A DNA stretch of 64,000 nucleotides, from assembly GCA_964016885.1 (NCBI GenBank), contig OZ024749.1, positions 43,090,001 through 43,154,000 on the forward strand. The letters are read 5' to 3'. Shown one piece after another: positions 26,149-39,799 of this stretch (the first letter of the stretch is position 1; every line of letters begins with the position of its first letter). The notes below the pieces were generated by a model. It saw only the letters and a list, made by a program, of their open reading frames with translations, had not been told where the DNA came from and searched no databases. A program made the position numbers and the translations under genes. The stretch is from Eledone cirrhosa. Lineage: Eukaryota.

Positions 26149-29108
26149 ATGTCAGGGGCCTGGTGAAACTCAGCAACATGAGTAAAATTTCCTACCTGGG
26201 AGACTTAGCCATAAGCAATCAAGCACTATGCATGGCACTAACCGAAACGCACCTGACAAGCAGTATAGCAGATGCAGAAATACATATACCGAAATATACT
26301 GTATTTCGTTCGGACAGGAAGGAGAGAACTCATGGTGGGGTTGCTCTGTATATCCGTGAAGATGTCACACCAATTGTACTGTTGACACATTCAAACTCAG
26401 TCTGTGACACACTGATAATACATATGAAGCAACTACAGACGGTAATATGTGTCACATATCGGCCGCCCGATGCCCCCAGTCATGAGGGTAAATTTGAGGA
26501 TAGCCTAAGTAGGATAGAAGAGGTCCTTGACAAACTGGACCAGGGTCTCAACATCCTACTGCTGGGAGACTTCAACCTACCAAAGGTCAAATGGCCTGAG
26601 GGCCACCTCCTCCCTGGAATGACGTCAATAGAACAGAGACAGACGGAATCCCTGCTGGCCCTCACACACAGGCTGTTCATGGAGCAAGCAATACTCCTCC
26701 CAACAAGAGGCGAAAATGTCCTGGACCTCTGTTTTACAAACAACGAAGTGCTCATCCACAATGTAAAAGTGACACCAACAATTCTCTCGGATCATAACTT
26801 GGTAGAGCTAATGATATGTGGTCCAAGAGAACCAACAGAGACAAAACCACCAAGAAGCTCCGGGACGCTATCCAGCCTTAACTTCTACGGGGCTGACTGG
26901 AAGAAGATTAAGAGTGAAATCCGGAAGCAAACATGGAGTGCAAACATCGCCACACAAGACACTAACACACAATTTCAACACTTCATGACAACGATACACA
27001 CCATATGCAAAAAGTGTGTCCCGGAGAAAGAGGCAAACAGACACAAAAATCTTATTCCCAGAGATAGGAAAATCCTTATGAGACGTAGAACTAAACTCTC
27101 AAACCAGTTGAATAGTCAACAAAACCAAAACAAGAAGGAATCCTATTTGAAACGTGCACTACTTGACACCGAGATTGCACTCAAGCTTTCACATGAGAAT
27201 GAGAGGGCAAGGAAAGAGAACAGGGCCATAGAAAACATTAAAACAAACCCTAAGGCCTTCTTTAAATTTGCAAAAGAAACTGCCTCAGTACACTGCAAGA
27301 TTGGACCACTCTTCCACACGGACGGTTCATTAACCGAAAATCCCCAAGAGATATGTGAAATACTGAACGAACAGTACAAAAGTGTCTTCACATGTCCACT
27401 GAGGCACATGCAAATAACGAAGCCAGAGGAGTTCTTTGATGCCACAACACTACATCAAGAAATGGCAACCATCAACCACATAGACATAACGGAGGAGGAT
27501 GTGGTGTACGCCATTGATGAAATTAGAACAGACTCGGCTGCTGGACCTGATGGATTCCCAGCAGTTCTCCTAAAAATATGTAAGCGGGCCTTAGCAACTC
27601 CACTGAAGATGCTCTTCAGAAGCTCCTTGGCTAGCGGTGTACTACCCAGGGAGCTGAAAGAAGGCACAATATGCCCTATCCATAAAGGAGGTAGTAGAGC
27701 GGAGGCCAAGAACTATAGGCCAGTCTCCCTGACGTCGCATATCAGTAAGGTCATGGAGCGAGTCATCAGAAAGAAACTAATCACTTTCCTCGAAGAAAAT
27801 GACCGCCTGACTAGCACGCAACATGGCTTCCGCCCAGGAAGAAGCTGCCTTACACAGCTGCTACATCACTACGACTGGGTACTGAGACAGCTACTAGACA
27901 GCTCACATGTAGACGTGATATATCTTGACTTTGCGAAGGCCTTTGACAAGGTCGACCACGGAATGATATGTCACAAACTACACGGACTTGGCATAGCTGG
28001 AAAAGTAGGTGAGTGGCTGCATGGCTTCCTGAGGGACAGAAGCCAGGCAGTCGCAGCAAATGGGGCCCTCTCGAGGGAAACACCGATAACAAGTGGGGTG
28101 CCTCAGGGGACAGTCCTGGGACCACTACTGTTTTTGGTGGCTCTCTCGGACATGCCCTCTGTGGTGCATGCAACAACATCCCTCACTAGCTATGCTGATA
28201 ACACTAAGGTAGCACAGGCAATCAAAAACCCGGCTGACGCTGCCCTCTTACAGCAGGATCTGGATGCCATATACAGATGGGCGGAAGAAAACAACATGCA
28301 GTTTAATGCTGGCAAATTTCAAGCCCTACAATACAAACCTGCAAACACAAACACAAATATAGCGGAACACAGCTACACAGGACCAGGAGGGACCGATATC
28401 CCCGTGTCAAAATCGATACGAGACCTGGGCATAGACATGAGCGATGATGCATCTTTTTCTTCACACATCATGAAGGTGGCGACAGCATGTAGACGATTCG
28501 CTGGCTGGATCTTGAGGACTTTCCTTACAAGAGATCGAGACACCATGTTGACACTGTGGAGGACTTTTGTCCTAAGCCGCCTGGACTACTGCTCCCAGCT
28601 GTGGTCACCCCATAGTGTCAAACTAACCACAGAGCTTGAGGCAATCCAGCGAAGCTACACCAAGAGGATTGCCAAGATGAGGGAGACAAGCTACTGGGAG
28701 AGGCTGAAGGAACTGAACCTCTACTCCTTGGAGCGAAGACGGGAGAGATACGCAGTGATCTACATGTGGAAAATCCTGGAGGGACTAGCACCAAACTTTG
28801 GCATTGGGAGCTGGACCAACCGTCGAACAGGACGTCACTGTGTGGTGCCAAAGGTCCCGTCTTCCACATCTAGAATAAGGAGCAGGTATTGCAATAGCCT
28901 GGGATTCAAGGGCCCTCAACTCTTCAACAGGCTGCCGAGGCATCTGCGAGACTTGCATGACGTGGAGGTGGATGTCTTTAAGAAACATCTCGACACCTTG
29001 TTATCCAGGATCCCGGATGAGCCCACAGCAAGACACGAGGGAAACCTAAGGGCAGCAGCAACAAACTCCCTCCTACACCAGTGGCCAACCTATACAGGCT
29101 GGAGATAA
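26067..29108 (+). CDS. LINE ORF2: AP endonuclease plus reverse transcriptase (frame open from 25878; true start unclear)
   Basis: APE motifs NVRGL, LTETHL, YRPP, GDFN, SDH. RT motifs NYRPVSLTS, QHGFR, DFAKAFD, GVPQGTVLGP, YADN. C-terminal LYSLERRR. Confidence 0.96.
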   Translation: MAAADTRPGVIPTAITGTPKVTPVLLLNVRGLVKLSNMSKISYLGDLAISNQALCMALTETHLTSSIADAEIHIPKYTVFRSDRKERTHGGVALYIREDVTPIVLLTHSNSVCDTLIIHMKQLQTVICVTYRPPDAPSHEGKFEDSLSRIEEVLDKLDQGLNILLLGDFNLPKVKWPEGHLLPGMTSIEQRQTESLLALTHRLFMEQAILLPTRGENVLDLCFTNNEVLIHNVKVTPTILSDHNLVELMICGPREPTETKPPRSSGTLSSLNFYGADWKKIKSEIRKQTWSANIATQDTNTQFQHFMTTIHTICKKCVPEKEANRHKNLIPRDRKILMRRRTKLSNQLNSQQNQNKKESYLKRALLDTEIALKLSHENERARKENRAIENIKTNPKAFFKFAKETASVHCKIGPLFHTDGSLTENPQEICEILNEQYKSVFTCPLRHMQITKPEEFFDATTLHQEMATINHIDITEEDVVYAIDEIRTDSAAGPDGFPAVLLKICKRALATPLKMLFRSSLASGVLPRELKEGTICPIHKGGSRAEAKNYRPVSLTSHISKVMERVIRKKLITFLEENDRLTSTQHGFRPGRSCLTQLLHHYDWVLRQLLDSSHVDVIYLDFAKAFDKVDHGMICHKLHGLGIAGKVGEWLHGFLRDRSQAVAANGALSRETPITSGVPQGTVLGPLLFLVALSDMPSVVHATTSLTSYADNTKVAQAIKNPADAALLQQDLDAIYRWAEENNMQFNAGKFQALQYKPANTNTNIAEHSYTGPGGTDIPVSKSIRDLGIDMSDDASFSSHIMKVATACRRFAGWILRTFLTRDRDTMLTLWRTFVLSRLDYCSQLWSPHSVKLTTELEAIQRSYTKRIAKMRETSYWERLKELNLYSLERRRERYAVIYMWKILEGLAPNFGIGSWTNRRTGRHCVVPKVPSSTSRIRSRYCNSLGFKGPQLFNRLPRHLRDLHDVEVDVFKKHLDTLLSRIPDEPTARHEGNLRAAATNSLLHQWPTYTGWR

Positions 29109-29211
29109 AATGTGTAGCAACAAGGGCGGTGCCCCAGCATGGCCTCAGCCGGATGGCTGAAACAGGTAAAAGAGTAAAAGAGTAAAAGAGAATATATAAA
29201 TATATAACTAT

Positions 29212-29244
<33 letters not shown>

Positions 29245-29300
29245 AATATATAACTATATATATATATAACTATATATATATATATCTATATATATATATA

Positions 29301-29337
<37 letters not shown>

Positions 29338-29405
29338 CTATATATATATATATATAACTATATATATATATATATAACTATATATATATATATATAACTA
29401 TATAA

Positions 29406-30761
29406 CAGTTGCAAACTATCCCTGAAAGGTCGGGCGGAAGTGGCGAACACCTACATAGCGTCCGTCATCTACTACCGCCTGACCGTAGTGCCCTGCCCAA
29501 GGGAAACCCTCACCAAGATGGAGCGCGCGCTCTTCCAATTCCTTTGGAAGAGGCGGGCTCCTATGGTGAGGAGATCCATCTGCTGTCAACACCCTTCGAA
29601 AGGAGGGCTGGGGATGCCGTGGCTAATGATGCGTAAACACGCATTAAGGCTACGGCACCTCTACGTATTCCTCACCGGACAACCGGTGTGGGCCTCGTTT
29701 GTGAGACGAACCTTTCCCAGACTCGTCTCACTCACCGAGCTGCAATCCTGGGTCAAGCAAAGACCGAGAAAACTGGGCGCCTTGCACACTGAGTGTGCCC
29801 AGGCGCTCACCGCCCTCTGGCAGGCGGATCCGGTTATCAGTGGAGACTCCACCGCAACATTCTATAGAGGGCTGGTACGCAGCAGGTGCGACGACGCCCT
29901 CGGAGAAGCCCTAGACATGGAGGAGGACGAACTGGCCAGCCTGTTCGGTAGGACATTCAGCCCAGGACCTATGGACAATTTCCAGAAGTCCCTGGCCTGG
30001 CAGTGCTACCGAGGGGCTTTACCCGTTCGAGAAAGGCTCTACAGACACGGGCGCCCGGGTAGGGACCCCGCCAAAAAGATCTGTCCCAGATGCGTGTGCG
30101 ACGAGGAAACCGTTGCACACGCATTGGTACACTGCTCGGGCGTAGCCGATCTGTGGGGCTATGTCGAACAACTGCTGTCAAGGGTGGGACCGATCCGGTT
30201 GACCACCGAGTCTATTGTAATGATCAAGCCGCCTCCCCCCTTCAAAGATGAAGCAGAGGCGGTGTTTCTGTGCGTAATAGCCATGGCGAAAGAGGTTGTA
30301 TGGTGGACGCGTCTGAAAGGACTGAGGTCAGGCACCTTTCTCTCTGGCCAACAACTGGTCCGTTTCTTCCGATATCATTTCGGAAGAAGGATCAGGATGG
30401 AGAGAGAGGTGCTGCACCCCAGCCGTTTCTATGAAAGATGGGTGAAAGTGGCGAGAATGGCCCGTGTGAATGGGCCTTCACTCTACATCAGACTATAGGT
30501 GAGGAAGATGAAAGACCAAGGGAGCACCCCTTCTCTGTGCTCCTGAGGAGAAGGGTTGCACACTTTTTTCGGGGGTGTGTGCGACCCCCCAAGGCGCCTC
30601 CTCTCTATTGAGGATTTTGTTAAAAATTTTATTTTTTGTTATATCTTATTTTATTTTTATATTTTGTTATTGCCTCCTCCTTATTGAGGACGCCTTTTTG
30701 TGTAAACTCCCCCCTTTGTACTTGTCCCACTTTTGATGCCCTAGTGGCAAATAAAAGAAAC
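29406..30761 (+). mobile_element. 5'-truncated L1/Tx1-clade LINE
   Basis: Open frame 29407-30498 with LSLKGR...FLWK...GGLGMP and C-x2-C-x8-H-x4-C (CPRC...ETVAHALVHC). 3' UTR has AATAAA at 30750-30755. Confidence 0.88.
29407..30498 (+). pseudogene. C-terminal part of L1/Tx1 ORF2 (post-RT region plus zf-RVT-type zinc finger)
   Basis: Uninterrupted frame starting directly at the (TA)n junction, with no endonuclease or RT core. Confidence 0.85.
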
Positions 30762-30960
30762 ATATATATATATATATATAACTATATATATATAGATAAC
30801 TATATATATATATATATATAGATAACTATATATATATATATATATATATATAACTATATATATATATATAACTATATATATATATATATATATAACTATA
30901 TATATATATAACTATATATATATATATATAACTATATATATAAATAACAATATATATATA

Positions 30961-30994
<34 letters not shown>

Positions 30995-31163
30995 ACTATA
31001 TATATATACTTATATATATATATATAACTATATATATATATATAACTATATATATATATACTTATATATATATATATACTTATATATATATATATATATA
31101 TATATAAATATATATATAAATATATATATAAATATATATATAAGTATATATATAAATATATAT

Positions 31164-31289
31164 AACGATGGAAATGTGGTAAGGAACCAGATGGACCATA
31201 ACCCACCAAAGTACTCAATACTTAGGGTAGTAGAGTGGGTAATAGGAACGAGTAGCACCCCCACGGCTGAGCTCAAGCCGTTTCGATAC
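31164..31289. mobile_element. Short (TA)n-embedded repeat, same family as 11156-11281
   Basis: About 64 bp of inverted similarity to 11211-11272. Confidence 0.6.
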
Positions 31290-32172
31290 ATATATATATA
31301 TATACATATATATAAATATATATATATACATATATATAAATATATATATAAATATATATATACATATATATAAATATATATATACATATATATAAATATA
31401 TATATACATATATATAACCATATATATACATATATATACATATATATAACCATATATATACATATATATAACCATATATATACATATATATAACCATATA
31501 TATACATATATATAACCATATATATACATAAATATAACCATATATATATACATATATATGAATATATATATACATATATATAACCATATATATAAATATA
31601 TATATACATATATATAAATATATATATACATATATATAACCATATATATACATATATATAACCATATATATACATATATATAACCATATATATACATATA
31701 TATAACCATATATATAAATATATATATACATATATATAACCATATATATACATATATATAAATATATATATACATATATATAACCATATATATACATATA
31801 TATAAATATATATATACATATATATAACCATATATATGCATATATATAAATATATATATACATATATATAACTATATATATACATTTATATAACCATATA
31901 TATATACATATATATAACCATATATATATACATATATATAACCATATATATATACATATATATAACCATATATATATATACATATATATAACCATATATA
32001 TATACATATATATAACCATATATATATATACATATATATAACCATATATATATACATATATATAACCATATATATATACATATATATATATACATATATA
32101 TAAATATATATATACATATATATATACATATATATATATATATACACATATATACATATATATATATATATA
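31290..32172. repeat. ~22-bp CCATATATATACATATATATAA-type minisatellite
   Basis: Directly visible. Confidence 0.92.
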
Positions 32173-32188
32173 TTGAGAGAGTGATAAG

Positions 32189-32224
<36 letters not shown>

Positions 32225-32244
32225 TATGTATATATATATATATT

Positions 32245-32294
<50 letters not shown>

Positions 32295-32317
32295 AATATA
32301 TATATATATACATACAT

Positions 32318-32356
<39 letters not shown>

Positions 32357-32406
32357 TTTATATATACATATACATATTGAGAGAGTGATAAAAGCATATA
32401 TATATA

Positions 32407-32451
<45 letters not shown>

Positions 32452-32723
32452 GGATCTATGTATATCTGTGTGCGTGCTTATATAAATATTTCTGTGTGTG
32501 TATATATGTATGTGTTTGTTATCCAACTTTACCACGTCTTGCAATCAATACGTGCGAGTTTATCTACACGCCTCATCGCTGGAAGTATATCTCAACGTAA
32601 TTTGTATAGCTAATCATCAACTGTTGCTTAGAAGCTGTAGATTTCCCTTTTGTATATAACACAACAGCCAACACAACGCCCAACACCCGCCATTGCTATC
32701 AACGACTCATTTCCACACACATA

Positions 32724-32756
<33 letters not shown>

Positions 32757-32986
32757 TCATGGCATGTTTGCTTGCGATAAAATATATTTTGAAAATTACT
32801 CCCGATTGTATCGGTTTGTTGTATGTCGAGATACCTCGTTTGTTTTTTAAGCCTAATCTTACGTCCCCTGTCCGCAAGAATTTTCTAGAAATACAGCAAT
32901 GAAGAAATATATATATATGGAAATATAATCAAATGTAGATGTCGATGAAGATGAAGATGAAGATAATAATAACAACAACAATAATA

Positions 32987-33103
32987 ATAATTGTTTATAC
33001 TTTTGGCACAAGGCCAGCAATTACCCAGTGTATTACTGGTGCCTTATTTTATCGACCCCGTAAAGATGAAAGAGAAAGCTAATCTCGGGGGGGATTTGAA
33101 TTC
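32987..33103 (-). mobile_element. SINE family A, 5'-truncated
   Basis: Consensus 3' half up to the B box. Confidence 0.8.
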
Positions 33104-33342
33104 ATATATATATATATATATACAGTATATATATATATACACAGTATATATATATATATACTGTGTATATATGTGTATATATACACATATATACAGTATA
33201 TATATATATACACATATATACAGTATATATATATATATATATACATATATACAGTATATATATATATACACATATATACAGTATATATATATATATACAC
33301 ATATATACAGTATATATATATATATATATACACATATATACA

Positions 33343-33385
<43 letters not shown>

Positions 33386-33390
33386 TACAG

Positions 33391-33422
<32 letters not shown>

Positions 33423-33426
33423 TACA

Positions 33427-33477
<51 letters not shown>

Positions 33478-33482
33478 TACAG

Positions 33483-33516
<34 letters not shown>

Positions 33517-33520
33517 TACA

Positions 33521-33555
<35 letters not shown>

Positions 33556-33750
33556 TATATACAGTATATATATATATATATATATATATATTCATATATA
33601 CAGTATATATATATATACATATATATATTCATATATACAGTATATATATATATATATACATATATACAGTATATATATATACATATATACAGTATATATA
33701 TATATATACATATATACAGTATATATATATACATATATACAGATATACAG

Positions 33751-33784
<34 letters not shown>

Positions 33785-33788
33785 TACA

Positions 33789-33822
<34 letters not shown>
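33104..33822. repeat. CATATATACAG(TA)n minisatellite
   Basis: Directly visible. Confidence 0.93.
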
Positions 33823-33840
<18 letters not shown>

Positions 33841-35227
33841 CAGACCTCGAGATAGATAGATATATAAATGGGGAAAGAAAGGAGAAAAGGGACGTGAGAG
33901 GAAGAGTGTGGCAGATATGAATACCGAGAAAGATGTGGAGAAGGAGTGAGAGGGAAATAGAAAAAGGGCTCATCTCCTAGGTAGACGGCGACACATTAAA
34001 TGAAAAGTCTCGCCCTGTCTTATTATGGACATTTACTTTTAAGACCTATACTTTTAAATGGGTGGATTCCGTCTGTTCGTCCGTCACTCAGTTTACGCCC
34101 CACCATTACCGCCGCTGCCACTGCTACCGGCATCACCACCACCATCACCTGTCATTTGAGAGCCTCTGAGGTGTTGATAATGTTACCTACATAAGGATCA
34201 GGTGTCTCGTTTTTCCGGATTACTTTCCTTCCCCTTTCTCTCTTTCCAGCCTCGGAATCTCTGAAAATATCTAATAGGTTCAGCCTTTCCTTGCCTGATT
34301 AAAGATTAAATAAGAGAATATTTTATGATCTGAACCTTTACAGATATAAGTTTTATAAAGCGTGTCAAATAACATCACATGAGTAAGACGATAACTTCTG
34401 GAACTTACCTGCATTCTATGCAAAAGAGATATCTATTTTTTAACGAAAACGAAAGTTCATAGAATAACTAAAATTAATGAGAACATAAAATCAAGGTTAT
34501 ATATAATGTTTGTTTCCTATTTGTCTATATATAGGAGAATAAAATTGCCTAAGACACGCCTAGCTTTGATTTTTATGTTGCTAATATAACATAGCACACA
34601 CATACAGTAGAAAGGTAACTCCTAGCAGAAATATTCTATCGTAAATAACTGGGAAAATTAAACCTTTTATATTCAGCAAAGATCAATGGCAGAATTAATT
34701 TTCCTAATAACTTTCTTGTTTATGGGTGTAGATTTAATGAGATGCCAGCTTTTATTTCAACTTCAATTTACGATTAAAGCACCTTAAGTGGTTTCAATGA
34801 TAGAAATGTAAGCCAGATAATTGACAGTCAACTTGCAATTATTTCCACATTACTCTCTAATTGGAATTTGGGTAGGTTAATTCTACAACTGTTCAATGGC
34901 TCTCCACACGGCAAAAGGATTCTGATTGAAATTCACTTTATAATTATTGAAACTTTATATCAATCAGGCACATGCAAAAACTGACAAAATCCATACAATA
35001 TTATTATACTGATGAAGTAAGGTTTGCTGCTTGCATGCACCACACTCTAAGCTAAATGCGGTGTCCTTGAGAACTACACGTAACTTTCAATAGCTAGATA
35101 CTAGCGCTTATAATTGTGAATGTAGAAACATTGACAATGGTTCTTATTGATAAATACACTTATAGATTGTCATTTCCAGTTACGCTACTGAACATTCACA
35201 CACTAGCAAATAATATACACCTGTACA

Positions 35228-35516
35228 GTCTAAAAAGTCTAAAGTCTGTCTTAAGCCAGAAGGCTTATTTGGTCGGTGCTTATCCCGGTTTCATGGCGTG
35301 AAGCGACTGAGAGTACAAGACTCCTTCCTGGACAGAATGCTAGTCCATCGCAGGGTTAAACCTCCAGCTATTGCTGGTACTCATTTTCAGCTGAGTATAC
35401 TGGAGCAATGTAAAATGAAGTATTTTGCTCAAGAACACAAAACGCAATCCAGGAATCAAACCCATGGTATTATGATCGTAAGTCCAACACCGTTATCACT
35501 AGGCCACGTGCCTCCA
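35228..35516 (-). mobile_element. tRNA-derived SINE family B (CORE-like centre)
   Basis: Minus strand reads GGAGGCACGTGGCCTAGTG (A box), GGTTTGATTCC (B box), GTGTTCTTGAGCAAAATACTT, with a (TTTAGAC)-like tail. Paralogs at 50325 and 54152. Confidence 0.8.
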
Positions 35517-36777
35517 CCTACCTCTACAATATATAGTATGAAATTTATAGATTAAACGAATTCACATGTCGTCACTATTGAAGTATTTTCTTGGTATGGA
35601 TTATTCAGAACTATATAGTTGCAGGATTGAATGTAACTGTATCCATATAATTCGCTTCGTAAAAGAAGATACACTTATAACATATCATTACAAGAGGTAA
35701 TACAATATTTCTTGAAACGATCATTAAAACTAATGAACAGAGAACTAAATATTAGGAATTTATTCTATACCAGTTCAATAAAATATCACATATTAATTAT
35801 ATGCCTCTATAGAGTCTTTATGTTGTACACTATTTAATTATTAACACCTGTTTGTTATAGCATTTAATATGAAAACTAAGTATTCTTTTACCAGTGTAAC
35901 ATCACAGTTTGTAGTAACAGTCGAACATAGTCGAGTTAAGACAATAGTCATATATGCCATCACGTAGCCACAACCACTAATGGTAGAGGAATAGAATAAA
36001 TATGTTGTGTTCTATATTCTAGTGCGAGAAATAGGACCAATTAGAAGTTTTAACGTTGTTCATTGAGAACCCATCAACGTATCATCTGTTCTATTGCTAT
36101 GGCTTTCAACAACGTGAGGATATGAGAACTGTCATGCTAATGTGTTTAACAAAAGATTCGCTGGCATATCTGTATTAGTTAAGATCACGGTTTGAAACAG
36201 GTTCAAAGGTTCAACAGGCTAAAATCTTACTTTAGCTCAACTACGACAGAAAATTTACAACAGAATGAATCTAAACAATGCGACAATAATTTGATTTGAA
36301 GACAGAAACAATTAAATATGACAGAAAACTAAACTAATAAAGCCAGTAGTGGTCTATAGTCCAGCTCTGTAGATTGAAGTGAGGAATAAATTACTCCTAT
36401 TATAGATTATAAGGCGTGTGATAGGCATAAAGGAAAGTCGGAGAAATGTTTTGCAGTAATTTTTCGGGGTTCAAATCTGCACATTCGCCCTTCAAAAGTT
36501 GATAAAGTATAAATAAAGTATTGATTTCAATTCTGTTTTGCTCACTCAATTTTTCTTTGTCCCTCACTTCACCATACACTCTTTCTCTCACACACACATA
36601 CATACAGGCAACTTATTACACACATTATAGAGACAGGCGTGTATAATATATAACATCTTATTCAAAATCACTCTTCTAAAAAAACATTTCACAAGCACAT
36701 TTCCCTAACCTAGGAGCATATTCACAGTCAAGCAATCTAAAGATAGGAAGTCTGACTATACAGACACAGACACACAT

Positions 36778-36809
<32 letters not shown>

Positions 36810-37541
36810 TGTATGTGTTCTTCTGGTTTTATAATTTCACAAAGTTTTACCAATAGAGAGAGAGTCGGTTTCTAACATAGACACAAGACTCTCTCATTGG
36901 GATTTACACAACATCAACTAGGTAGATATGTATGTATGCATGCATGTGTAGATACGGATGTTATTGTATGTGTGGATGTGGATGTTTTGAGTTGTATGTA
37001 TGCATGTGTATATGCTTTCTATCTGTACATTTGTATATGCAGTTATTAGATGCAAAACTTTTGGGATGTTTTACATATTTTTACTGTTCCATTAATGGAT
37101 TGTACTTGTAGTTTCCTAACTAGTTGTATTCTTTCTGTTCCCGTGAAGCCTAGCTGCTCAAGATTTGTATTGAAGCAGTTACTAACGTATGTATGTATGT
37201 ATGTATGTATGTATGTATGTATGTATGTATGTATGTATGTATGTATGTATGTATGTATGTATGTATGTATGTGTGTATGTGTATATATATATATATATAT
37301 AACACCAATATTAAAAAGAAAAAGTATGTTAAATATTGATAGCTCAAAAATAGTAAAACTAGAATACTGAGCGACCTGTTAAAAACCATATGTATCTTCA
37401 TATAAGCAGGCACAACAGTTTTTCATGTTTCCTTTTATATATTTTTCCATCGTAAAGATATTTTTGTTCTTAGATTAAACTTGCATTATATTAAAACTCT
37501 AATGCTGTTTTATAAGATTATATTTCACGATAAGCTTCTTT

Positions 37542-37592
<51 letters not shown>

Positions 37593-38197
37593 ATATATCA
37601 GTATGTATTTTTACTGAAATACTTCCGAAGTAAATAGTACTTTTATTCCTGCTCAATTGCATAAATTTCCTTAGAAAGTCACATACTCAAAAATATATTT
37701 ATCGTGTTACTTCCATTCAAAATGTCTGCTTTCCTGTTCAGAAAGCATGAACATTACTAGCTACATATCTATGCACTTCCGCATATATATACATATATAT
37801 ACGTATGAAATTTGTAGAAATTTGTAGAAGGAAAGCAAATTTCTACAAATGTCATACTTGATGGTATAATATATATCGACAGACGCACAAGCGTTAACCT
37901 AATATAACTGTGTAAAATTGCCTCCTGTGCTTTATTTGTTTCATATATTAACAATATATATATATATTGTTTACATACTCGCTTTGCTGTCTTCATCAAA
38001 AGACACTCCGTTTTTTTCCTCTGTCTCTCTGTTGCCATATATGCACTTTACTAGAAATTGTTCAAGCCGTTGTATAACCTAGTCCTAATATTATTATGTA
38101 TCCCCATCCTTATGCACAAAATTTCCCTGCCTCGATGATGGTTGAATGTGAATTGGTTGTTTTATACGTTTCATGTTTTTTGTCTTTTCCATACGCA

Positions 38198-38255
<58 letters not shown>

Positions 38256-38397
38256 CAGGACTAGCGTCGGAAACGTTAAGTACCTCTTCCTGCTATTTCA
38301 AGCGTTAACATAATATATTCCTTCCATATACAGTACACATTGTGTTGTTATTTCTGTTTACCTTTTACACATACATACACACACACACATATATATA

Positions 38398-38719
38398 TAT
38401 GAACATTAATCAGTATACACTGAGGATGAAAAACTCAGAGCTGAATGGGAGCATCCCAAAAGTCAGCTCAAAAGTGACACAGAGGAGATTGAGGTTAGCT
38501 GAATATGCTCACCGACATCCAGAGTTGACATTGCACTCAGTGCTCCTTTGGGAGCCCCTACATGGACACACTAGAAGAGAAAGACCAAGGTTAACGTATG
38601 TTGATGCCCTAAGGACAGACACTGGTCTGTTGGAGACGCAGGACATGTCAGCGATAATGAGGGACAGAGACCGCTTGAGAGAACTCGTCCATGGATCTCG
38701 GGAATTTTACCCGCCTTAG
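38398..38719 (+). mobile_element. RTE-group LINE 3' fragment
   Basis: NSELNGSIPKVSSKVTQRRLRLAEYAHRHPE...LLWEPLHGHTRRERPRLTYVDALRTDTG...DRDRLR, flanked by (TA)n. Confidence 0.8.
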
Positions 38720-39349
38720 ATATATATATATAGAGATATATATATATATATGCGCATGTATGTATGCGCGGTTTCAATGTTCTAAAAACAACCAAAAAAC
38801 AGAGACAGTGGAAGGATTTCAAAATTGAATTTGAACCTTAACTACTATGTAGAAGACACTCAAATTTCGAAAACATTTCAGGAAAAAAAAATGCAAAATG
38901 TTCAGTTGCTTATAATACATCGAATAAACGGTAAAGATAGGGTGAAAAATTTAAGAAACGGGAAATTTGGAGCATTTTTGATATTAATTTTTCCTTTTAG
39001 TGGATCTCTTCAAAATCCTCTCTATCGTTTTTATGATGCTATATTCTCATCATAAGTAGTGTCTTTGAGTTTTTAATGGATTTGAAAGTACAGAATTAAA
39101 AAAAGGATAAATAAAATTGGTGGTTTTGGTAAATTTTGAAACAGCAAATGCTTAGGGTTATGGAACTGACGGGTAAAGTACTTTTTTCATATATAAATAT
39201 AAATATGTTTCGATTGCATTAAAGTATATAAGTGTTTTTCATCTGGAATTGTAATTATATTTTCATTCTTTATATACTTAAACTGAGCTAGAAGCAGCCT
39301 TTAAAATGTTTATAGATTGGAACAAAAGTAAAGGGAACATATTCACGTC

Positions 39350-39650
39350 TGACCTTCGTCGTTTACGACGAAGAGTGTTCCAGTTGTTTCACGCAACGGA
39401 ATTGCCCGCTCATGAAATTAACGTTGAAGTGGCAGAGCATTCCACAGATAAATCTAAGCTTAACATAGTTGTCAGGGCGACAGGGCTAGTCATATTAATA
39501 ACAGGCACTACTTATTTTACCAGTTGAGAGTACTGGAGGAACGGGAAATAAAAGATCTTGCTCAAGGGCAAAACTCACAACTGTCCAGGAATCAATATCA
39601 GGATCCTGAGAGGAACATCTTAACCACTAAACCACCCTCACCACTCCTTG
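39350..39650 (-). mobile_element. Degenerate SINE (CORE-like, third family)
   Basis: cttgctcaagggcaaaac...ggaatcaat...cttaaccactaaaccac resembles the family B head and core, with a different tail. Confidence 0.5.
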
Positions 39651-39799
39651 CCCTCCTTCTTTTTCCAACTTATATTTCACATACTACATACTGTATATAT
39701 TATATACTATATACATTTTATAATATATCTGTATACTACATGTATCATAATCTCTCTATATAACATACTTTATATATTAGATAATATTACATACTATAA

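Larger units (their letters stand above)
24280..29190 (+). mobile_element. Near full-length CR1-group LINE
   Basis: Unique sequence between (TA)n tracts: ~0.9-kb leader with a CT-rich tract, ORF1, APE-RT ORF2, short 3' UTR with hairpin tcagcc-ggat-ggctga, and a (GTAAAAGA)3 tail. The 5' boundary is inferred. Confidence 0.9.

Noticed and set aside
26480-28988. Minus-strand ORFs within LINE ORF2
   Set aside because: Short antisense shadows of the coding frame with no motifs.
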